The notes under the pieces are model-generated. The model searched no databases, was not told where the DNA came from, and saw only the letters and a program-made list of their open reading frames with translations. Position numbers and translations under genes: made by a program. From IMG/VR virus record IMGVR_UViG_3300048576_000598, positions 1 through 42,140 of that record: a stretch of DNA of 42,140 nucleotides. One strand, 5' to 3'. This DNA comes from a virus. Taxonomy: Duplodnaviria; Caudoviricetes. This document shows positions 34,187-42,140 of this stretch, one piece after another (position 1 is the first letter of the stretch; every line of letters starts with the position of its first letter).

Positions 34187-35071
34187 TCAGGACTCCTGGG
34201 AAACGTTGGCATTCAGAGAGGGTTCGACGGCGGCGGTCGCCGGACGGGCGAAATCAAGGCGATCGAGTGCAGGCCGCCCCGGCGCGGCGATCTTTTCCAT
34301 CAAGCGACCCAGGTGGGGTTCCTCGATCAGGTCGAGGCGTCCCGAACGATCCTTGGCCGGATAGCCCCAGGTGTTCAGGGTTTGGCAGATGAAGGCGCGA
34401 TAGCTGCTGCCGTCATCACCCTTGATCTCAGCCAGGGTGATGACTTCATCGACAATGCCCGGCAGTTCGAGGCCGGTCTTGGAACCATCGATCTGCAGTG
34501 AGAAGACGCGGCGATTGAAGTCATCGAGGGCTTCGTTCAGGATGCCGACGAACCAGACATTCTTGCGCCGGGTGTGCTGCAGATGGGTCAGCCAGCCGAT
34601 CATTTCCTGGCCCATCAAACCGTAGGCGCCACGGCTGTCGGGTTTGCCGGTTTTCTCGGAATAGGCCTGCGGCTGCCCCTTGCACCATTGCAGGCACAAG
34701 CGACCGGCCACGGTGATGCTGTCCACAAACAAGGTTTCGTACTTATCCAGAACAGCAGGATCACCAAAGCGACCACACACCGCATCGAAGTGCGCTTGGC
34801 TGTAGGGCTGGTCGTCACGCAGCGCCGGATTTGGGCCACCAATGAACACCGCGAAGTCTCGGCAGTCTTGCCATGTGCGAGGACGGATGGTGTCGCACTG
34901 GTAGCCTTCAGCCGCGAGATCGCCGGCTTCCAAATCCATGAACAGCGTGGCGATCGGATTGAGCGTCCACAGCTGGGAAGTCTTGCCAATGCCCGACTTC
35001 CCGACCAGGACACCCTTGATGCCACGACGCTCTGCCAAGCGCTGATCTGCAGTAATGATGGGCAGCATCAT
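34187..35071 (-). CDS. AAA_24 ATPase (Sak4-like recombination protein)
   Basis: GKSGIGKT, DLEAG, FVDSIT, AKDRSG.L...EEPHL. Confidence 0.82.
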   Translation of the reverse strand: MMLPIITADQRLAERRGIKGVLVGKSGIGKTSQLWTLNPIATLFMDLEAGDLAAEGYQCDTIRPRTWQDCRDFAVFIGGPNPALRDDQPYSQAHFDAVCGRFGDPAVLDKYETLFVDSITVAGRLCLQWCKGQPQAYSEKTGKPDSRGAYGLMGQEMIGWLTHLQHTRRKNVWFVGILNEALDDFNRRVFSLQIDGSKTGLELPGIVDEVITLAEIKGDDGSSYRAFICQTLNTWGYPAKDRSGRLDLIEEPHLGRLMEKIAAPGRPALDRLDFARPATAAVEPSLNANVSQES

Positions 35072-35448
35072 TTGCGCACCTCCCCATCGACTGCAGCGGC
35101 AAATGCTTCGGCAATCGTCGTAGTACCCAAAGCGCCCCGTTTTCGTGCTGCCTCGTACAGCTCCTTCAAGGCACCCGTGCGACGCAGCACCTCACTGCTT
35201 TCCTCTTCACTGGCTTGGATGGCGAAGGCAAGATCGTCGATCGTTGCATCCGGCAGCAAACGGACCACTTCATCGGGGCGCGCCGCCCCCATCGCAGGAA
35301 TGCGGATCGCGTCCGGCAAATGCTTCGAGTACAGAGACAGGTTCTTGCGCAGCCAAGTCATCAGCGGCAGGGGCTTGGCCTGCTCTGCCTCCTGTGCTTT
35401 GCGTTCGGCCACCTGACGGGACACTTTTTTGAACGATGGAAATTTCAT
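35068..35448 (-). CDS. Hypothetical protein (126 aa)
   Basis: ATG 35448 with AGGAG RBS; coupled to the ATPase gene. Confidence 0.7.
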   Translation of the reverse strand: MKFPSFKKVSRQVAERKAQEAEQAKPLPLMTWLRKNLSLYSKHLPDAIRIPAMGAARPDEVVRLLPDATIDDLAFAIQASEEESSEVLRRTGALKELYEAARKRGALGTTTIAEAFAAAVDGEVRK

Positions 35449-35453
35449 GCTGG

Positions 35454-35924
35454 TTACTCCTGAAGCAATGCAAGACGGAACCCGGGCTTGCCGGTTTTGA
35501 GGGTGCGCGCCGGTGCAAACGCGCTTTTCAGCGTTTCTGGCCAGGCGTTGAACTTGGTTTCTGAGACCCGGTAGCTGATCTCGACGTACTCGGCAGGGTT
35601 GTCCCCGTTGGCCGTCATCCGGCACACGAGATCGGCCAGCTTTTTCTGATCCCAATCGACTTTTTTGGGGAGATCGGCAGTGACCTGAACATGGCCGTCA
35701 TCGAAATGCACGACGCCGGTGTCCTTGCCTGCAGCCAGGCGCAGGGCATGTGCTTGTTTCGAGTACTTCAGGTCCAAGGCGCGATCGAGGTGATCGACGA
35801 CAGCTTTGGCCAAGGCCTGTAGATCAGCGGCGTCGTTCTTGAGTTGGAACAACGACTCGCTGGTCTGGAGTGCCAGATCGCCGGCCGGCATGGCCAGAAC
35901 TTGGTGGGGTGTCAGCTGATTCAT
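35454..35924 (-). CDS. Hypothetical protein (156 aa; Gp157/Gam-like position)
   Basis: GGAGG RBS; helical N-terminus, LPKKVDWDQ..L, ARTLKTGKPGF; upstream of the Sak4-like gene. Confidence 0.68.
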   Translation of the reverse strand: MNQLTPHQVLAMPAGDLALQTSESLFQLKNDAADLQALAKAVVDHLDRALDLKYSKQAHALRLAAGKDTGVVHFDDGHVQVTADLPKKVDWDQKKLADLVCRMTANGDNPAEYVEISYRVSETKFNAWPETLKSAFAPARTLKTGKPGFRLALLQE

Positions 35925-36133
35925 GCCGCACCTCCCGCATTGACGGGTTCATAGGTGCTCTTGCGGAGGCTTTCGGCCTCGAAGGCTTCGACGTCCTCCA
36001 AGCGATAGAGAACACGGCCTTGCAGCTTAAGAAAGACCGGTCCGATTCCTTCAGAACGCCAACGCTCCAGAGTGGCTTCGCTGACGTCCCAACGGTCGCC
36101 CAATTGACGCTGGTTGAGGTGTTTTACGCTCAC
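35921..36133 (-). CDS. Xis/AlpA-like HTH DNA-binding protein
   Basis: AAAGGAG RBS + GTG; LNQRQL..RW.VSEATLERWR..G.GP.FLKL.GRVLYR. Confidence 0.85.
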   Translation of the reverse strand: MSVKHLNQRQLGDRWDVSEATLERWRSEGIGPVFLKLQGRVLYRLEDVEAFEAESLRKSTYEPVNAGGAA

Positions 36134-36187
36134 GTTTTTCTCCTTTCAGGTAGTTGCGAAAACGTGAGGAAATGATCGGATTTGGCG

Positions 36188-36230
36188 TGTATGGGGGTCG
36201 ATCCGCCCTATGTATGGGCTGATGTATGGG
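36188..36230. promoter_or_regulatory. Three TGTATGGG direct repeats upstream of the replication operon
   Basis: Copies start at 36188, 36211, 36223. Confidence 0.55.
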
Positions 36231-36267
36231 CAACGGAAAACGGGGGGATTTACTGGCCCCTGAAATG

Positions 36268-36288
36268 AAAAAACCGCCCGAAGGCGGT
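36268..36288 (-). terminator. Intrinsic terminator
   Basis: Minus strand ACCGCC-TTCG-GGCGGT-TTTTT, about 30 nt after the stop at 36317. Confidence 0.8.
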
Positions 36289-36316
36289 GTCTGGTACTGG
36301 TGCTGGCTGGTGCTAA

Positions 36317-37324
36317 TCAAAGCGTCTTGAATGCGTATTTGCCTTTTTCAGAATTGACGATGAACTCGCGCCACATTTCATTGCCGCTGAAGAGGTTCTG
36401 CATTTTTAATCCCTTGCGCGACTCTTCTGTGCGCCGTTCCGGATAAGCAGCAGCCAGGATTTCACTGGCATCCAACTCCCATCGTCCGAGCTGCGCCTGT
36501 TCGTACATATACGACACCGCTTTGTGTTGCTTCTCGCCCTTGATGACCCACGTCTCGGTCTTTGTTCTGATTCGCAGGACGCCGTTTGCAAAGTCGACGG
36601 GCAACGCACTCGGCTTGATGCCATCCTCATCGGAGGTCAGCACCCGCTCCAGGTAATGCACGTCCATGCATGGTGACGGCGAGTAGTCCACCAGTGCATC
36701 GTGCAAGTAGGCAACTCGGTAGTTGCGCGGCGGCCGAATCACGCGGGGCAGCTCGCGCCCGTGACAAAGAACCAACCCTTGCTCGGGAAGCCGTGTATCC
36801 AGCAGGGACTGAAACACCTCGTCTACGTTGACGTCCATCCCACGCGCCAGCCATACCGGAGTCATCACCGGTCCAATACGTGCCTCACCTAGTCGCCACA
36901 ACTTTCGTTCAATCCTTGGCGCTGGAATCCCCGCGCGCTTTACCTGCGGGATGTTCAGAAGGTCAGACAAAAGATTGAGCAGCTTGGCGGCATCCATGTC
37001 GTACACCGCCACATGATCCGCACTGACTCGCTTACGGCGAAATGTCTCCGGGCAACGGTACTCGTAGCTGCCCGGATCATCCGTTTCGCAAAGTTCAACA
37101 TGGGCGCGGCCATCGCCACACGGCACCTCGATCTCGCTCAAGTAACCAACACGGGGCATCCAGGCTTGCACCGTTTTCGGGTCAAGGCTGGATGATGCTT
37201 CGATGCGTCCCCCGGAGACTCCGTGCAGCCGGTTTCCGTCAGCGTCCAGGCTGCAACTGCTCGATTGCTCAAACAGGTCGAGGAGATCAAGCAGCAAGCG
37301 CGTAGATGGGATCGTTCGTGACAT
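36317..37324 (-). CDS. Hypothetical protein (335 aa), possible C-terminal winged helix
   Basis: Long ORF overlapping the upstream gene; C-terminal helix pattern ending ...KGKYAF like wHTH wings. Confidence 0.7.
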   Translation of the reverse strand: MSRTIPSTRLLLDLLDLFEQSSSCSLDADGNRLHGVSGGRIEASSSLDPKTVQAWMPRVGYLSEIEVPCGDGRAHVELCETDDPGSYEYRCPETFRRKRVSADHVAVYDMDAAKLLNLLSDLLNIPQVKRAGIPAPRIERKLWRLGEARIGPVMTPVWLARGMDVNVDEVFQSLLDTRLPEQGLVLCHGRELPRVIRPPRNYRVAYLHDALVDYSPSPCMDVHYLERVLTSDEDGIKPSALPVDFANGVLRIRTKTETWVIKGEKQHKAVSYMYEQAQLGRWELDASEILAAAYPERRTEESRKGLKMQNLFSGNEMWREFIVNSEKGKYAFKTL

Positions 37325-38519
37325 CGCCGATTTCCTTCACCAGTTGCCACTTGGCCAACAAACGGTCGCACAGCACGCGGTCTTTCTCGCGCTTGGTTTT
37401 GATGTTGCACTTGTTCTCGTCGCGCAAGATGACGGTGATGGTCCTGGCGCGATCCTTCCCCACCTTTTTCAGGCGGATCGACAACTTGGCGTAGGTCAGG
37501 CGTCGGCCTTGGAACGTAAATCCGGGGCCAATCAGGGATCGCGCCGCCGTGTGGATGTCGTCGGTGTCCTTGAAGCCGATTTTCACCACCAATGTCCGGA
37601 AGTCCGTCGACGTGTAGCCCAACTCGACCACCTTGACGGAAGCGACCGTGGTTTCCCCGGTCAGATCGAAAGTGCGCGGCGCATTCAGGCTTTGGTAGTC
37701 GTATTGCTTCAGCGGAATCTTTTCGCCCGTGATCGGGGACTGCAGTAGATGGTCAGAGACGATGCGCGCCAATGCCTCCCGTCCATCCGTGAATTTCGAC
37801 AGCACTTCCAGGTGACCATTGGACGGCTCGTAGGTGATGTGTGATGTCACGGCACGCACGACTTCCTGCTGGACCAGTTCGCTCGCCTGAACGCAGTCAA
37901 CAATCTCAGGCGGGCGATTGTGGTGGACGCTCACCTGGTACAGATCAACCTCCTCGCCAGTCTGAGTGTCCGGCCGCAAACGCTTGAAGACCTGGACCGC
38001 TACCTCATCGACTGGGCACCCCAGTTGACCGGCCACAGCGTTATGAAATGCCTGCCGAGCCGCCGAATCCTCGAGGACAGACAGGTCTTTCGGTGCCATG
38101 TAGCCTGAGTAGCAGGATGGGCTCTGACGGAAGATGTCAGCCTGACGTGCGTTGAGCGCTTCCTCGAACAGATCCCCTTCGTTGAGGTAAATCCACAGTG
38201 CACGCTCGTACTGGCTGCGAATCCCCTCAAACTGAGCCCGTGCCTCATCATCAAAGATTTCCTGGCTGAAGCCATCCAGTACGTCCTGTCCAGGTCCATC
38301 GGACAACAGGATGATCTGCTCGGCAACCTCTTCGATCCGTTGTCGCGCGCTCACGTCGAGGGCCGCCACCACCGCCTCCATGCCAGCCCGTTGATCCTTC
38401 TTGGCGGCCTTCTTGTCCAGATCCGGCATTTCCAGACTGAACTTAGCGGCCATGAAAGACCGGAACACCGCCGGGGGCAGGTGGCCCAGCAGCTTGGACA
38501 GGTTTTCTGCATCATTCAT
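37287..38519 (-). CDS. Hypothetical protein (410 aa)
   Basis: ATG 38519 with AAGGAG RBS; divergent from the repressor; no family recognised. Confidence 0.72.
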   Translation of the reverse strand: MNDAENLSKLLGHLPPAVFRSFMAAKFSLEMPDLDKKAAKKDQRAGMEAVVAALDVSARQRIEEVAEQIILLSDGPGQDVLDGFSQEIFDDEARAQFEGIRSQYERALWIYLNEGDLFEEALNARQADIFRQSPSCYSGYMAPKDLSVLEDSAARQAFHNAVAGQLGCPVDEVAVQVFKRLRPDTQTGEEVDLYQVSVHHNRPPEIVDCVQASELVQQEVVRAVTSHITYEPSNGHLEVLSKFTDGREALARIVSDHLLQSPITGEKIPLKQYDYQSLNAPRTFDLTGETTVASVKVVELGYTSTDFRTLVVKIGFKDTDDIHTAARSLIGPGFTFQGRRLTYAKLSIRLKKVGKDRARTITVILRDENKCNIKTKREKDRVLCDRLLAKWQLVKEIGDVTNDPIYALAA

Positions 38520-38600
38520 CGAAATTCTCCTTACGGAAGAGGTCCACCATGTGAGCGCCAGATCGAACACCTCTCCGTACAGCAGGAGCCATCTGACCAA

Positions 38601-38700
38601 TTTCGTTCGGTACGCCGAACTTGTTGTGATTATTTCTGGTAGCTTATGGGTTTGTCAAGCAGTTACGTTTTCGTTCGGTCTGGTGGTAACATTTGCGTTC
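38601..38700. promoter_or_regulatory. Candidate operators in the divergent control region
   Basis: Inverted repeat GTTCGG-TACG-CCGAAC (38605-38620); TTTCGTTCGGT at 38601 and 38669; AT-richer than flanks. Confidence 0.55.
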
Positions 38701-38726
38701 TAAATCGGATCAACGAGGAGAAAACA

Positions 38727-39047
38727 GTGCCGTCCCCTCTAGGCAACAAGATCCGCGAACTGCGGAAGCAAAAGAAGCTCAGCCTTGAGCAACTGGCTGA
38801 ACTCACCGAGTCCAGCAAGAGCTACATCTGGGAACTGGAAAACAAGGACGACCCAAAACCATCTGCCGAAAAAACTGCCAAGATCGCGGCCGTGCTGGAA
38901 GTCACTGCTGAGTTCTTGCTGAGCGACAGCGTGACCACCCCTGACGAGGAAGTCGCCGACGAGGCGTTTTTCCGCAAGTTCAAAAAGCTATCGGAACCGG
39001 ACAAAAAGAAAATCCGCAAGATCCTGGACGCTTGGGAAGATGAATGA
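38727..39047 (+). CDS. XRE-family HTH repressor
   Basis: GAGGAG RBS + GTG 38727; LGNKIRELRKQKKLSLEQLAELTESSKSYIWELEN; no S24 peptidase domain. Confidence 0.9.
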   Translation: MPSPLGNKIRELRKQKKLSLEQLAELTESSKSYIWELENKDDPKPSAEKTAKIAAVLEVTAEFLLSDSVTTPDEEVADEAFFRKFKKLSEPDKKKIRKILDAWEDE

Positions 39048-39952
39048 CTGAGCACAAGAAACCCATGGCCGAGGCCAACCGTATTTCCAGCATGCTCAAC
39101 GCTGTGCTGGGTAAGGAGCGGTTCCCGGTCAAGGTCGACGAACTGGCCGTCGAGTATTCCCGCCAGTGCTTTCCCGACTCGCCCATCGACAAGGTGGAAG
39201 GCGCCGACCTTGAGGACTTCGACGGTCTCCTGAAGGCGAAAAAGGATCGATCAAAGTGGCTGATCCTCTACAACAGCGCTGTCTCGTCGGAAGGACGCAA
39301 ACGCTTCACGATCGCGCATGAGTTCGGCCACTACATCCTGCATCGCCACCAACAAACCGAATTTGCGTGTGGCGACGACGATATTGAATCCGGGGACAGT
39401 CGCGATATCGAGTCGGAAGCCGACCTGTTTGCCTCAACCCTGCTCATGCCCTTGGACGATTTCCGGCGCCAAGTCGACGGGCAGAAAATCAGCTTCGACT
39501 TGCTTGGCCACTGTGCCGACCGCTACGGGGTGTCGCTCACAGCCGCCGCCTTACGATGGACAGAGATCGCCGAAAAACGGGCCATCCTCATCGCCAGCCG
39601 CGATGACCACATGCTGTGGGCAAAGTCGAACCTGGCTGCTGTGAAATCCGGGGCGTACTTCCCGACCCGGAAAAACACGATCGAACTCCCACCAGAGGCT
39701 TTGGCGCATAGCAACAACGCATGGCTGTCAAACCAGGAGCAAACCACCCGTGCGCAGGTTTGGTTTTACCGCGAGCCACAGAGCATGCCCATCACCGAAA
39801 TGACACGGGTGGCCGGGCAGTACGACTACACCTTGACGCTGCTGCTGATGCCCGATGCAGAGTGGCAGCGCCCTTGGCATGGCGATGAAGAATCCGAAGA
39901 AGACACCTTCGATCGGTTCATCCGAAACGGCCAGTTTCCATCGAAAAAATAG
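39044..39952 (+). CDS. ImmA/IrrE-family metallo-endopeptidase
   Basis: RKRFTIAHEFGH (HEXXH), E.EADLFASTLLMP, YGVSLTAA; ATGA-coupled to the repressor. Confidence 0.92.
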   Translation: MTEHKKPMAEANRISSMLNAVLGKERFPVKVDELAVEYSRQCFPDSPIDKVEGADLEDFDGLLKAKKDRSKWLILYNSAVSSEGRKRFTIAHEFGHYILHRHQQTEFACGDDDIESGDSRDIESEADLFASTLLMPLDDFRRQVDGQKISFDLLGHCADRYGVSLTAAALRWTEIAEKRAILIASRDDHMLWAKSNLAAVKSGAYFPTRKNTIELPPEALAHSNNAWLSNQEQTTRAQVWFYREPQSMPITEMTRVAGQYDYTLTLLLMPDAEWQRPWHGDEESEEDTFDRFIRNGQFPSKK

Positions 39953-40084
39953 CCGGATTTTTGCTGCGCTTTTCGCATCAGCCCTAACGGGCAATCAGGA
40001 GCCCTAAATTCCCTCCTGGCACTGTGAATGACCCCCACGGACAATTTTGCCTTGAGCAAGTTGTACAGAAAGGATCGGTAACCA

Positions 40085-40300
40085 GTGCATGAAATCAACC
40101 AACACCCGCCCGAGGTGATGACCGCAGAGCAGCGTCGAACCGAGGCCGCAGCCCTGCTGGCAAGAGGGCTTGTCCGCCTGCGCGCAGCAGGCAGCAGAAA
40201 GTCCACAAATGTGGTCGGAAAGAGCGAGTTTGAGCTTGGCTTCTCCGGTCACCAGCGCGTTCATACAGACCCCGAGAACAACACCACGGAGTCACGATGA
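40085..40300 (+). CDS. Hypothetical protein (71 aa)
   Basis: AAAGGA RBS + GTG; stop overlaps the DUF2924 start; contains copy 6 of the element. Confidence 0.45.
   Translation: MHEINQHPPEVMTAEQRRTEAAALLARGLVRLRAAGSRKSTNVVGKSEFELGFSGHQRVHTDPENNTTESR
40235..40264 (+). promoter_or_regulatory. Conserved 30-bp element, copy 6
   Basis: CTTGGCTT-CTCCGGTCAC-CAGCGCGTTCAT, 32 nt before ATG 40297. Confidence 0.8.
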
Positions 40301-40797
40301 ACACCGCCCCCGCCAGCCACACCACCTCAGTCTCGGTGACGGCTCAAATCACACAACTTCCGGATCTGTCGATGTCCGACATCAAGTCCATCTGGAAGGA
40401 GCTGTTCCACGCCGACACGCCGACCCATAACCGGCAGTTCCTAGAGCGGCGCATTGCTTATCGGCTGCAAGAGATCGAGTTTCGGAAAGTCGACCGAAGT
40501 TTGGTCGACCGCAACAAACGACGCATCCAGCAAATTCTCGACTCTGGCAAGAACAAGAAGCTGGATCGCGATATTCGGATGATGGCTGGCACCGTACTCA
40601 CCAGGGAATACCAAGGCCACGAGTACCGCGTCATGGCCACCACGGATGGCCAATACGAGTTCGAAGGACGGCTGTATCAAAGCCTGTCTCGGATTGCCAA
40701 GGAGATCACGGGAACAGCATGGTCAGGGCCACTGTTCTTTGGCTTGAAGACCTACGCCGGCAAAAAACCAGCCACCAAGAAAGGGGGCAAGAAATGA
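40297..40797 (+). CDS. DUF2924 domain protein
   Basis: W..LF....P...R.FLERRIAYRLQE, GTVLTREYQG, SLSRIAKEITGTAWSGPLFFGL. Confidence 0.88.
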   Translation: MNTAPASHTTSVSVTAQITQLPDLSMSDIKSIWKELFHADTPTHNRQFLERRIAYRLQEIEFRKVDRSLVDRNKRRIQQILDSGKNKKLDRDIRMMAGTVLTREYQGHEYRVMATTDGQYEFEGRLYQSLSRIAKEITGTAWSGPLFFGLKTYAGKKPATKKGGKK

Positions 40798-42140
40798 ACG
40801 AAATTCTCAAGCGGCGCCAGCGCTGCGCGGTCTATTGCCGTGTCTCCACGGACGAACGCCTGGATCAGGAGTTCAACTCGATCGACGCGCAACGTGAAGC
40901 CGGCCATGCGTACATCGCCAGTCAGCGATCAGAGGGGTGGATTCCCGTCGCAGATGATTACGATGACCCAGGTTTTTCGGGTGGCAACACCGAACGCCCT
41001 GCGCTGAAACGTCTGATCACAGACATCGAAGAAGGCAAGATCGACATCGTCGTCGTATACAAGATTGACCGACTGACCCGCAGCCTGGCCGACTTCTCCA
41101 AGATGGTCGAAGTGTTCGAGCGACAGGGCGTGTCATTTGTGTCAGTGACGCAGCAGTTCAATACCACCACGTCGATGGGGCGCTTGATGCTGAATGTCTT
41201 GCTGTCGTTTGCCCAGTTCGAACGGGAGGTCACCGGCGAACGCATCCGCGACAAGATTGCTGCATCCAAGCGCAAAGGGATGTGGATGGGTGGCGTTCCA
41301 CCGATTGGCTACGACGTTGAAAATCGCCGCTTGGTACCCAACGGCCGCGAATCCAAACTCGTCCGGTTCATCTTTGAACGCTTCCTGGAGCTCGGCTCTA
41401 GCACCAAGCTGGTCAAGGAGCTTCAACTGGAGGGAGCCACTACCAAGTCATGGACGACGCAGGACGGCAACCACCGTCCGGGAAAATTGATCGACAAAAC
41501 CAGCGTCTATCAGATCCTCAACAACCGCACCTACCTTGGCGAGCTGCGGCACAAAGAACAGTGGTTCAAAGCCGAACATCCCCCGATCATCGAGCGAAGC
41601 GTTTTTGATGCCGTGCAGGCCATCCTCGAGGTCAATCCGAGAGTGCGTGCCAACAACACGCGCGCCAAGATCCCCTTCCTCCTCAAAGGCGTGGTCGAGG
41701 GTCACGACGGCCGAGCGTTGACACCAGCCTGGACCCGAAAAGGGAATGGCCGACTTTATCGGTACTACATGCACACCCGGGAGAACAAAGAATTCGCCGG
41801 CGCATCCGGACTCCCACGGCTCCCGGCCACCGAACTGGAGGCCACCGTCGTTGAGCAGATGCGTCGCGTCTGGCGGAATCCGGAAATGATTTCACGCGTC
41901 AGCGAACACGCCATGCGAATGGACCCGGACACCAACGAGGCCCACGTTTGGATCGCGATGGCGCAGATCGACAAGATTTGGGAGCAGCTGTTCCCTGCCG
42001 AACAGCATCGCATTGTCCGCCTGCTCATTGAAAAGGTGATCGTGACGCCGCACAACTTGGAGGTTCGCTTCCGCCCGAATGGACTGGATATGTTGGCACG
42101 GGAAGTGAAACCAACGACCACAGAAGAGGTGACAGCATGA
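40794..42140 (+). CDS. Large serine recombinase (integrase)
   Basis: AVYCRVST catalytic Ser, DRLTRS, FAQFERE...ERIRD, G...PIGY, HPPII; ATG 40794 overlaps the DUF2924 stop. Confidence 0.93.
   Translation: MNEILKRRQRCAVYCRVSTDERLDQEFNSIDAQREAGHAYIASQRSEGWIPVADDYDDPGFSGGNTERPALKRLITDIEEGKIDIVVVYKIDRLTRSLADFSKMVEVFERQGVSFVSVTQQFNTTTSMGRLMLNVLLSFAQFEREVTGERIRDKIAASKRKGMWMGGVPPIGYDVENRRLVPNGRESKLVRFIFERFLELGSSTKLVKELQLEGATTKSWTTQDGNHRPGKLIDKTSVYQILNNRTYLGELRHKEQWFKAEHPPIIERSVFDAVQAILEVNPRVRANNTRAKIPFLLKGVVEGHDGRALTPAWTRKGNGRLYRYYMHTRENKEFAGASGLPRLPATELEATVVEQMRRVWRNPEMISRVSEHAMRMDPDTNEAHVWIAMAQIDKIWEQLFPAEQHRIVRLLIEKVIVTPHNLEVRFRPNGLDMLAREVKPTTTEEVTA

Larger units (their letters stand above)
1..42140. 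mobile_element. Temperate siphophage/prophage (lambda-type head and cos, serine integrase, ImmR/ImmA-type switch)
   Basis: Colinear lysis, tail, head, packaging, replication, regulation and integration modules with tight start/stop overlaps and no obvious disrupted genes; att ends not identified in the window. Confidence 0.95.

Noticed and set aside
39953-42140. attL/attR or attP site
   Set aside because: No convincing att-like repeat seen; the window ends exactly at the recombinase and endolysin stops, so boundaries and any spanin genes probably lie outside

Overview
The whole window reads as one apparently intact temperate siphophage/prophage of about 42 kb, GC-rich and probably from a betaproteobacterium (host is an inference). 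Most genes are on the minus strand. Right to left: a DUF2924 + large serine recombinase integration module (+); an XRE repressor + ImmA/IrrE metallopeptidase switch (+), divergent from two uncharacterised genes (-); a replication/recombination operon (Xis/AlpA-like HTH, AAA_24/Sak4-like ATPase, SSB-like protein, SF2 helicase, Cas4-like nuclease, Toprim-AAA_25 primase-helicase, iteron-rich putative origin, RuvC-like protein, DUF6362 late regulator); a lambda-like cosQ/cosN/cosB site; two ParB-fused DNA methyltransferases; an inverted array of six small genes; a lambda-type head module; a tail module with a -1 frameshifted chaperone, tape measure and BR0599/GTA-type tip; and a lysis cassette. 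The most notable signal is a 30-bp element, CTTGGCTT-N10-CAGCGCGTTYAT, with invariant spacing. It lies 34-36 nt upstream of five consecutive unrelated small genes (21.77-23.6 kb). A sixth copy lies 16.6 kb away, 32 nt upstream of DUF2924-recombinase. This suggests a modular cassette array co-regulated with, or possibly assembled by, the integration module. Family names come from motif recognition and synteny only; no searches were run.
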